Assembly (NCBI GenBank): GCA_002104945.1
Contig: MCFH01000102.1
Span: forward strand, 1 to 59,532
DNA length: 59,532 bases
Source of the DNA: Piromyces finnis finn
Lineage: Eukaryota > Fungi > Neocallimastigomycota
Reading direction: 5' to 3'
Made by a program: the position numbers and the translations under genes. This document shows positions 51,056 through 59,532 of this stretch, one piece after another (within the stretch, counting starts at the first letter, position 1; each line of letters starts with the position of its first letter). The notes below the pieces were generated by a model. It was not told where the DNA came from. It saw only the letters and a program-made list of their open reading frames with translations, and searched no databases.

Positions 51056-54000
51056 TTATTCCAGTTCTGGATTTCTCTTTGTGTAAGGTTCCAATTGTGA
51101 GATATGAAATACCGGATGAATATGTAGGTTTTCAGGTAATTCAAGCCGGTAATTCATTCTATTTCTCTCCTCGACGATTTTAAAAGGACCAAGATATTGA
51201 GATGAAAGTTTTTTAGCGGGTTCGTTGGTAAAGTAGTATCTTTTCAACCATACTAGATCATCAACTTTAAATTTTGGCCCACTCAATTTCCTGTAATCAC
51301 CGTATTTTTTAAAATCTTCTTTTGCCTTATTTAAGTGTTGTTGTAGAGCATTGAAATGAGACGACCAGTCTCTAGTGAGATTCGAAGCATTGTCCTTGAG
51401 TAACGATGGAGGTGATTCAATAACAAAATTTGGGTGAAACCCATAATTGGCAAAAAACGGTGATATGCCTAAGGATTTGTGAAGTGAGTTATTGTACGCA
51501 AGTTCACAGAGAGGTAGATAGAAACACCAATCACTTTGAGCAGAGGAGCAGTAGCATCTAAGATATTGTTCTATGACCGAATTTATCCTTTCAATCTGGC
51601 CATTTGACTGTTGGTGATGGGCTGTGGCTAATCTTGGTTTTATATGTAGAGATGAACATAAAGATGTCCAAAATTCTGAGGAAAATTGGGAACCGTGATC
51701 AGAAATGATCATGTTCGGAAATCCATGGTAACGGAACACATTAAGTAAAAGGAGTTTGGCAGTAAGGTCGGCAGAAGGGACATCAGCACAAGGCACTAAG
51801 TGAACCATTTTTGTTAAATGGTCAGCAGTTACCATGATACATGTGCAATTTTGCGAACTAGGTAGATAGACAATAAAATCTACACCAATAACTTCCCAAG
51901 GTTTATTTGGAATGGGCAGTGGCAGGATTTTCCCATACGGTTTGTGCCTGCGGGTCTTACATCTACAACATATATCGCATGAAAGGACATAATTTATAAC
52001 GTCCTTTTTCAAATTTGGCCACCAATAGTAACGTTTAATTTTTTCTAGGGTCTTATCAATCCCTTGATGGCCATTAATTGGTGAATCATGGAATGACTTA
52101 AGTATTTTTGCCTTGAGAGGTGAGGGAACGATAATACGATTTTGAAAATGGAGCACACCATTGATGACGGTGAAAAGAGAACTTTTGACCTTGCCAGAGT
52201 TGTCTTTAATTTTTTGAAAAGTTTCCTTGCAAAATTTATCTGTTTTTTGGAATTGAATTAAATGACTAATGTTATCATCTGTAGTACAGCAAAACACATC
52301 ATCTTCAATTATTCTATGGCAGTCGTTATCATGCTTTATCTTGTAGTCTGATCTCCTTGATAAGGAGTCAGGTTTTCCACCCCTGGAACCAGGTCTATAA
52401 GAGATTCTATAGTCAAATCTTGATAGAAACATGCTCCAGCGGATTTGTCTTTGACTTAATAGTTGTGGTTTTTTGAAGTATAAAAGGTTTCTATGATCAG
52501 TAATAACTTGGACAGGAAATTTAGCACCCTCTAAGTGGTGCCTCCATGTATCGAACGCGGTAATAATGGCAAGGAGTTCCTTGTCATATATGGTGTAGTT
52601 ACACTCAGCGTTATTTAATGAACGAGAATAAAATGCAATGGGGTGTAAGAGATTATCATTATTACTTACCTGTGAAAGGATACATCCTATTGCAAAATCA
52701 CTGGCGTCTGTTTCTACCACAAATTCCTTCTCTGGATCAGGAAAAATGAGTATTTCATTAGTTAAAAAGGATTCTTTGAGCTTTGAAAAAGCAGTAGCAG
52801 CGATATTATCCCAATTAAACACAGAATTTTTTTTCAAGAGTTTGCGAAGTGGGTCCATTTTTTCAGCAAAATTTTTTATAAACCTTCTGTAGAAATTACA
52901 GAGTCCTAGAAAGCTTTGAAGTTCTTTAATGTTTTTTGGTGTAGGCCATTCTAATATAGATTTCACTTTGTTTTTATCCATTAGGAGTCCATTAGTAGAG
53001 ACAGTAAAGCCTAAAAAGGTGGTTTCCTTTACGTGAAAATCGCACTTTTCTAATTTTACATATAACCCATTATCGATTAAGGCTTTAAGAATTGTTCGAA
53101 CATGACTAACATGATCCTTAAGGTTAGGAGAATATATTATAATGTCGTCCAAGTACACCTGGGCAAATGAACCTAAAACTTCCGCGAGAACATCTTGTAT
53201 GAATCTTTGAAAAACGGATGGTGCATTACGAAGACCAAAGGGCATCACAAGATATTCGTAATGACCGATAGGAGTTCTAAAAGCCGTGAGATATTCATGG
53301 CCTTCTTTAATACGTACAAGGTTGTACGCAGATCTTAAATCCAATCTGGTAAATATTGAAGCGCCTTTGAAAGATTCAATCATATCGTTTATTCTAGGAA
53401 TAGGGTAACTGTTTCTAACTGTAATTGCGTTTAGTCGACGATAATCGACACATAAACGAAGGCTTCCATCATGTTTCTTTACAAAAAGTACAGGAGCTCC
53501 GGCTGGTGACTTCGACTTCCGAATAAAGCCTTTGTTCAAATTCTCTTTGACATATTCTCTTAAAGTTTTTTGTTCATCGATCGTAAGAGAATATATCGGA
53601 CCAAAATATAACTGTCCACCTGGAATTAAGTCTATGGACATATCGTAGTCCCTATGAGGGGGGAGTACGTCGGCCTTTTGCTTCTGAAACACTGTCGTCA
53701 AGTCATAATAATATTTTTTTAGGATTTGAATATTATTATTTTCAGCATTATCTTGAAAGCTGTCTAATTCTAAGATAGTAGCACAAACATCCTGGTCGTA
53801 CAGTTCGTCTTCAGAGATTGAATCCGGGATAATTGAGTCATTATTCAAACTATTTACCATAGGAGCGGAGATTTCATCAGAATGGTATACAAACTTATTG
53901 CCTTTTGCTGAAGGACAGTGTTTACCGCAGTACTTCTCCAAAAAGTATATTTTGTTAGTCTTATAATTTAAGAAAGGATTATGAATGGAAAGCCAATCAC

Positions 54001-55102
54001 GTCCAAGTATTCCTGAGATTCCCTGAAGAAGCAAGTTCCCGATGCAGAATTCATATTTTTCTTCATGATCCATAATTCTTAATCTTAATGGTTTGGTTGC
54101 CTGCTTAATAATCATACTCTTACCATTGGGTAAATGTATATTGATTGGGGATGTCAACCCTACAGTAGGAATTTTATTTGCATTCGCGAAGGTTTTGCAA
54201 ATAAAACTTCTAGCAGACCCTGAGTCAATAAGAAAGTTTATTTTTAAGTTTTTAGTTCCTAAGTTCAAAAAACACATAGTAGTTATTGTGTTCTGTTTAT
54301 CAGGAGTGTAATTAGTAGTAGCAGAAAGAATACTATGTTTTGCTTTACTCTTTTTATGTCTATGAAATGGGTTTCCATTTTCTGTTTTGTTTAATTCAGC
54401 TTTCTTTCTTCCAAATGATTTGCTGCCTTTCTTTTGCATTTCGGTATGTTTGTTTCTAATGCAATTTTCCAAAAAACATTTTTTGTCAAGGTTAATTATA
54501 ATATTTGTAGCTTCAAATAAACTATTTGGCTTATCCATTTTATCGTATTCCTCACGTACTCGATCAACGAGTCCTTTACCAATGATGTCAATAAAAACGT
54601 CATCTGGCCAACCGATTCTACTTGCCAACCTTCGAAATTCAATGGTATATTCAGTAACTTTCCCAAGTTGAAGCTGCTTTAGGTTCCATAACTTATTTAT
54701 AAGCATATATTTTTGCTTACGTTCGTCTCCGGTATCGAAGTTATTAAGGAGTAGTTTTTTAAATTCATTAAAACTGAGAGTCCTAAGCGTTCCATCGATC
54801 AAAAGGGATAAACCCCACTTTCTAGCAATTCCATTAAGTTTATTTATAACAAACGCATTTTTTTCTTCGTCGCTAGTAAATGATTTAGGATGATCCTTAA
54901 AGAATTCTTCGCTTTGGATTAATGTCTCTAGGACATTCTCTCTAGTGTTAGCTTCCTTTTCCTTCGATAATACACCGTTCGGAGAGAAGAAAGTGGGGAT
55001 GAATTCCGTCATGGCTTCGATTAATTTAGAAGTCACAGTGCTCTTAGGGAATTCATCAGCATTAACTTCAACAGAGTCCTTATCAATACCATTGAGTTCC
55101 AT
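51056..55102 (-). CDS. Single-ORF Gag-Pol polyprotein (Gag, protease, RT, RNase H, integrase), 1348 aa
   Basis: FLIDSGS (PR), YLDD (RT), ETDAS (RNase H), H-H-C-C plus DDE (IN) and the GPF motif YLGPF. No chromodomain after IN. Confidence 0.97.
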   Translation of the reverse strand: MELNGIDKDSVEVNADEFPKSTVTSKLIEAMTEFIPTFFSPNGVLSKEKEANTRENVLETLIQSEEFFKDHPKSFTSDEEKNAFVINKLNGIARKWGLSLLIDGTLRTLSFNEFKKLLLNNFDTGDERKQKYMLINKLWNLKQLQLGKVTEYTIEFRRLASRIGWPDDVFIDIIGKGLVDRVREEYDKMDKPNSLFEATNIIINLDKKCFLENCIRNKHTEMQKKGSKSFGRKKAELNKTENGNPFHRHKKSKAKHSILSATTNYTPDKQNTITTMCFLNLGTKNLKINFLIDSGSARSFICKTFANANKIPTVGLTSPINIHLPNGKSMIIKQATKPLRLRIMDHEEKYEFCIGNLLLQGISGILGRDWLSIHNPFLNYKTNKIYFLEKYCGKHCPSAKGNKFVYHSDEISAPMVNSLNNDSIIPDSISEDELYDQDVCATILELDSFQDNAENNNIQILKKYYYDLTTVFQKQKADVLPPHRDYDMSIDLIPGGQLYFGPIYSLTIDEQKTLREYVKENLNKGFIRKSKSPAGAPVLFVKKHDGSLRLCVDYRRLNAITVRNSYPIPRINDMIESFKGASIFTRLDLRSAYNLVRIKEGHEYLTAFRTPIGHYEYLVMPFGLRNAPSVFQRFIQDVLAEVLGSFAQVYLDDIIIYSPNLKDHVSHVRTILKALIDNGLYVKLEKCDFHVKETTFLGFTVSTNGLLMDKNKVKSILEWPTPKNIKELQSFLGLCNFYRRFIKNFAEKMDPLRKLLKKNSVFNWDNIAATAFSKLKESFLTNEILIFPDPEKEFVVETDASDFAIGCILSQVSNNDNLLHPIAFYSRSLNNAECNYTIYDKELLAIITAFDTWRHHLEGAKFPVQVITDHRNLLYFKKPQLLSQRQIRWSMFLSRFDYRISYRPGSRGGKPDSLSRRSDYKIKHDNDCHRIIEDDVFCCTTDDNISHLIQFQKTDKFCKETFQKIKDNSGKVKSSLFTVINGVLHFQNRIIVPSPLKAKILKSFHDSPINGHQGIDKTLEKIKRYYWWPNLKKDVINYVLSCDICCRCKTRRHKPYGKILPLPIPNKPWEVIGVDFIVYLPSSQNCTCIMVTADHLTKMVHLVPCADVPSADLTAKLLLLNVFRYHGFPNMIISDHGSQFSSEFWTSLCSSLHIKPRLATAHHQQSNGQIERINSVIEQYLRCYCSSAQSDWCFYLPLCELAYNNSLHKSLGISPFFANYGFHPNFVIESPPSLLKDNASNLTRDWSSHFNALQQHLNKAKEDFKKYGDYRKLSGPKFKVDDLVWLKRYYFTNEPAKKLSSQYLGPFKIVEERNRMNYRLELPENLHIHPVFHISQLEPYTKRNPELE

Positions 55103-55471
55103 TATATTTAAATATAATTGTTATATAATATATATCACTAAAAAAAAAATTTTTTTATTAATAAAATTTATATTATATATTTGAATACTTATATTTGTAT
55201 ATTTAAAATCACTATTATAAGAAAATAAACTATATGTCTTTTAATATTATCACTATATTTAATTATTATTATTATTTGACTTAAAATTTAAATTTTTTTT
55301 TTTTTTTTTTTTTTTTTAACTAATTAATTGGAAATTTAATTTTTTTTTTTTTTTTTTTTTTTTAAACTATTTAATTGGCAATTTAATTTTTTTTTTTTTA
55401 AAACTATTTAATTGGTAATTTAAATTTTTTTTTTAATCTAATTGGCTACTTAAAATTTATCTATCTACAGT

Positions 55472-55482
55472 AGAGTTATTAT
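55472..55482 (-). other. Non-tRNA primer-binding site (self-priming type)
   Basis: Minus-strand ATAATAACTCT directly abuts the LTR. There is no TGG, and it is complementary to minus-strand AGAGTTATTAT inside the LTR (55720-55730 and 50435-50445). Confidence 0.8.
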
Positions 55483-56313
55483 TGTAATAATTATTATATA
55501 TTTAATAATAATTATTATCTACAATATAATAATACAAATCGTAATATGTATTATTAAATTGAGAAGTTTCTTAATAGTAAATAAAAATGAATACTTATCT
55601 TAAAGAGTTTATTATAAGTGAATTATAATAACAAACACAAAATATTAAGACTATCTTTAATGTAAATATTTTTTATGAATATAGTTTTTGAAAGGGTTAT
55701 TTATTATAATTGTCTTAAAATAATAACTCTGGATTCTTTAGTGGAATTCCAGAGTCCTTATATTTATAATTTTTTGATAATTTAAAGTTTAATAAAGAAT
55801 TTCTAATCTTAACAAATAATCTTTTTAGGAAAAGACTAGAAGAAAAACCTAAAAAGATATTCGATTGATAACTAATATATCAATCATCGTAATATTAAGT
55901 AAAACCGATTAAAATTCGGAAAAACCTTAATATCCGATTGTCCTAATATGTATTTATATTTTCTAATTGTTTCTATAAGTTATTTCAAGATACGATACAT
56001 AAATATAAAATACAAACGTAAAATAAAATATATAATGTTTCTTATAAAATGTAATACAAAAATTATTAATTAAAAAATAAATGAATGTTTACTATTATTT
56101 TAAATATATTACTAAATTAAATAAATAAATAATTAATATAGTAATTAAATAAATTTTAAATTAAGTAAATGAATAATTAATATCAATATAGATAAATGTT
56201 TATAGTAATTTAAATGAATGTATGCTAATAGTTTAAATAAATAATTAATTTAATAATTAAAAAATAATTAAATAAGAATTAATTTATACAAAAAATAATT
56301 ATTAATTCTTACA
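55483..56313 (-). repeat. Shared central LTR (5' LTR of copy 1 and 3' LTR of copy 2)
   Basis: Flanked by a PPT on one side and a PBS on the other. Confidence 0.95.
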
Positions 56314-56340
56314 TTGCTCCCTTTTAAAAAAAAAACATTG

Positions 56341-59300
56341 TTATTCCAGTTCTGGATTTCTCTTTGTGTAAGGTTCCAATTGTGAGATATGAAATACCGG
56401 ATGAATATGTAGGTTTTCAGGTAATTCAAGCCGGTAATTCATTCTATTTCTCTCCTCGACGATTTTAAAAGGACCAAGATATTGAGATGAAAGTTTTTTA
56501 GCGGGTTCGTTGGTAAAGTAGTATCTTTTCAACCATACTAGATCATCAACTTTAAATTTTGGCCCACTCAATTTCCTGTAATCACCGTATTTTTTAAAAT
56601 CTTCTTTTGCCTTATTTAAGTGTTGTTGTAGAGCATTGAAATGAGACGACCAGTCTCTAGTGAGATTCGAAGCATTGTCCTTGAGTAACGATGGAGGTGA
56701 TTCAATAACAAAATTTGGGTGAAACCCATAATTGGCAAAAAACGGTGATATGCCTAAGGATTTGTGAAGTGAGTTATTGTACGCAAGTTCACAGAGAGGT
56801 AGATAGAAACACCAATCACTTTGAGCAGAGGAGCAGTAGCATCTAAGATATTGTTCTATGACCGAATTTATCCTTTCAATCTGGCCATTTGACTGTTGGT
56901 GATGGGCTGTGGCTAATCTTGGTTTTATATGTAGAGATGAACATAAAGATGTCCAAAATTCTGAGGAAAATTGGGAACCGTGATCAGAAATGATCATGTT
57001 CGGAAATCCATGGTAACGGAACACATTAAGTAAAAGGAGTTTGGCAGTAAGGTCGGCAGAAGGGACATCAGCACAAGGCACTAAGTGAACCATTTTTGTT
57101 AAATGGTCAGCAGTTACCATGATACATGTGCAATTTTGCGAACTAGGTAGATAGACAATAAAATCTACACCAATAACTTCCCAAGGTTTATTTGGAATGG
57201 GCAGTGGCAGGATTTTCCCATACGGTTTGTGCCTGCGGGTCTTACATCTACAACATATATCGCATGAAAGGACATAATTTATAACGTCCTTTTTCAAATT
57301 TGGCCACCAATAGTAACGTTTAATTTTTTCTAGGGTCTTATCAATCCCTTGATGGCCATTAATTGGTGAATCATGGAATGACTTAAGTATTTTTGCCTTG
57401 AGAGGTGAGGGAACGATAATACGATTTTGAAAATGGAGCACACCATTGATGACGGTGAAAAGAGAACTTTTGACCTTGCCAGAGTTGTCTTTAATTTTTT
57501 GAAAAGTTTCCTTGCAAAATTTATCTGTTTTTTGGAATTGAATTAAATGACTAATGTTATCATCTGTAGTACAGCAAAACACATCATCTTCAATTATTCT
57601 ATGGCAGTCGTTATCATGCTTTATCTTGTAGTCTGATCTCCTTGATAAGGAGTCAGGTTTTCCACCCCTGGAACCAGGTCTATAAGAGATTCTATAGTCA
57701 AATCTTGATAGAAACATGCTCCAGCGGATTTGTCTTTGACTTAATAGTTGTGGTTTTTTGAAGTATAAAAGGTTTCTATGATCAGTAATAACTTGGACAG
57801 GAAATTTAGCACCCTCTAAGTGGTGCCTCCATGTATCGAACGCGGTAATAATGGCAAGGAGTTCCTTGTCATATATGGTGTAGTTACACTCAGCGTTATT
57901 TAATGAACGAGAATAAAATGCAATGGGGTGTAAGAGATTATCATTATTACTTACCTGTGAAAGGATACATCCTATTGCAAAATCACTGGCGTCTGTTTCT
58001 ACCACAAATTCCTTCTCTGGATCAGGAAAAATGAGTATTTCATTAGTTAAAAAGGATTCTTTGAGCTTTGAAAAAGCAGTAGCAGCGATATTATCCCAAT
58101 TAAACACAGAATTTTTTTTCAAGAGTTTGCGAAGTGGGTCCATTTTTTCAGCAAAATTTTTTATAAACCTTCTGTAGAAATTACAGAGTCCTAGAAAGCT
58201 TTGAAGTTCTTTAATGTTTTTTGGTGTAGGCCATTCTAATATAGATTTCACTTTGTTTTTATCCATTAGGAGTCCATTAGTAGAGACAGTAAAGCCTAAA
58301 AAGGTGGTTTCCTTTACGTGAAAATCGCACTTTTCTAATTTTACATATAACCCATTATCGATTAAGGCTTTAAGAATTGTTCGAACATGACTAACATGAT
58401 CCTTAAGGTTAGGAGAATATATTATAATGTCGTCCAAGTACACCTGGGCAAATGAACCTAAAACTTCCGCGAGAACATCTTGTATGAATCTTTGAAAAAC
58501 GGATGGTGCATTACGAAGACCAAAGGGCATCACAAGATATTCGTAATGACCGATAGGAGTTCTAAAAGCCGTGAGATATTCATGGCCTTCTTTAATACGT
58601 ACAAGGTTGTACGCAGATCTTAAATCCAATCTGGTAAATATTGAAGCGCCTTTGAAAGATTCAATCATATCGTTTATTCTAGGAATAGGGTAACTGTTTC
58701 TAACTGTAATTGCGTTTAGTCGACGATAATCGACACATAAACGAAGGCTTCCATCATGTTTCTTTACAAAAAGTACAGGAGCTCCGGCTGGTGACTTCGA
58801 CTTCCGAATAAAGCCTTTGTTCAAATTCTCTTTGACATATTCTCTTAAAGTTTTTTGTTCATCGATCGTAAGAGAATATATCGGACCAAAATATAACTGT
58901 CCACCTGGAATTAAGTCTATGGACATATCGTAGTCCCTATGAGGGGGGAGTACGTCGGCCTTTTGCTTCTGAAACACTGTCGTCAAGTCATAATAATATT
59001 TTTTTAGGATTTGAATATTATTATTTTCAGCATTATCTTGAAAGCTGTCTAATTCTAAGATAGTAGCACAAACATCCTGGTCGTACAGTTCGTCTTCAGA
59101 GATTGAATCCGGGATAATTGAGTCATTATTCAAACTATTTACCATAGGAGCGGAGATTTCATCAGAATGGTATACAAACTTATTGCCTTTTGCTGAAGGA
59201 CAGTGTTTACCGCAGTACTTCTCCAAAAAGTATATTTTGTTAGTCTTATAATTTAAGAAAGGATTATGAATGGAAAGCCAATCACGTCCAAGTATTCCTG

Positions 59301-59532
59301 AGATTCCCTGAAGAAGCAAGTTCCCGATGCAGAATTCATATTTTTCTTCATGATCCATAATTCTTAATCTTAATGGTTTGGTTGCCTGCTTAATAATCAT
59401 ACTCTTACCATTGGGTAAATGTATATTGATTGGGGATGTCAACCCTACAGTAGGAATTTTATTTGCATTCGCGAAGGTTTTGCAAATAAAACTTCTAGCA
59501 GACCCTGAGTCAATAAGAAAGTTTATTTTTAA
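56341..59532 (-). CDS. Second Gag-Pol copy, 5'-partial
   Basis: The provided translation matches the C-terminal part of 51056..55102 with no differences seen by eye, and the frame continues to the window end. Confidence 0.96.
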   Translation of the reverse strand, partial: LKINFLIDSGSARSFICKTFANANKIPTVGLTSPINIHLPNGKSMIIKQATKPLRLRIMDHEEKYEFCIGNLLLQGISGILGRDWLSIHNPFLNYKTNKIYFLEKYCGKHCPSAKGNKFVYHSDEISAPMVNSLNNDSIIPDSISEDELYDQDVCATILELDSFQDNAENNNIQILKKYYYDLTTVFQKQKADVLPPHRDYDMSIDLIPGGQLYFGPIYSLTIDEQKTLREYVKENLNKGFIRKSKSPAGAPVLFVKKHDGSLRLCVDYRRLNAITVRNSYPIPRINDMIESFKGASIFTRLDLRSAYNLVRIKEGHEYLTAFRTPIGHYEYLVMPFGLRNAPSVFQRFIQDVLAEVLGSFAQVYLDDIIIYSPNLKDHVSHVRTILKALIDNGLYVKLEKCDFHVKETTFLGFTVSTNGLLMDKNKVKSILEWPTPKNIKELQSFLGLCNFYRRFIKNFAEKMDPLRKLLKKNSVFNWDNIAATAFSKLKESFLTNEILIFPDPEKEFVVETDASDFAIGCILSQVSNNDNLLHPIAFYSRSLNNAECNYTIYDKELLAIITAFDTWRHHLEGAKFPVQVITDHRNLLYFKKPQLLSQRQIRWSMFLSRFDYRISYRPGSRGGKPDSLSRRSDYKIKHDNDCHRIIEDDVFCCTTDDNISHLIQFQKTDKFCKETFQKIKDNSGKVKSSLFTVINGVLHFQNRIIVPSPLKAKILKSFHDSPINGHQGIDKTLEKIKRYYWWPNLKKDVINYVLSCDICCRCKTRRHKPYGKILPLPIPNKPWEVIGVDFIVYLPSSQNCTCIMVTADHLTKMVHLVPCADVPSADLTAKLLLLNVFRYHGFPNMIISDHGSQFSSEFWTSLCSSLHIKPRLATAHHQQSNGQIERINSVIEQYLRCYCSSAQSDWCFYLPLCELAYNNSLHKSLGISPFFANYGFHPNFVIESPPSLLKDNASNLTRDWSSHFNALQQHLNKAKEDFKKYGDYRKLSGPKFKVDDLVWLKRYYFTNEPAKKLSSQYLGPFKIVEERNRMNYRLELPENLHIHPVFHISQLEPYTKRNPELE

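Larger units (their letters stand above)
50198..59532 (-). mobile_element. Tandem Ty3/Gypsy (Tf1/sushi-like) LTR retrotransposons sharing a central LTR; unit length 5285 bp; second copy runs off the window
   Basis: Two 831-bp LTRs offset by 5285 bp, and two Gag-Pol ORF ends offset by 5285 bp. Confidence 0.96.

Noticed and set aside
52638-58177. Plus-strand ORFs inside the Ty3 copies (52638, 54093, 54387, 54945, 57923)
   Set aside because: Antisense shadows of Gag-Pol.

Overview
Very AT-rich (roughly 80% by eye, not computed) eukaryotic DNA. Composition and gene families point to an anaerobic gut fungus (Neocallimastigomycota); this is an inference. The window is an accessory, repeat-rich mosaic. 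It holds three intronless ankyrin-repeat genes, one partial at the window start and missed by the ORF track, and one Cys-rich secreted/membrane protein gene. It also holds a broken two-module NRPS, back-to-back with an ABCA transporter C-terminal fragment, and two decayed AAA-ATPase-like/PD-(D/E)XK genes. Mobile elements are LINE fragments, a Copia remnant and a near-identical tandem pair of intact Ty3/Gypsy elements sharing an LTR. Highlights: (i) decayed genes resembling giant-virus (NCLDV) core genes, namely a stand-alone RPB1 C-terminal subunit, an early-transcription-factor-like gene in two copies and D5 primase-helicase pieces, suggesting an endogenous large DNA virus relic; (ii) the Ty3 element has an 11-nt PBS complementary to its own LTR, the Tf1-type self-priming signature; (iii) an 18-bp perfect inverted repeat marks the NRPS deletion junction; (iv) a 4x SUMO-interacting-motif-like array in an ankyrin protein. 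All family calls come from motif recognition by eye; no searches were run.
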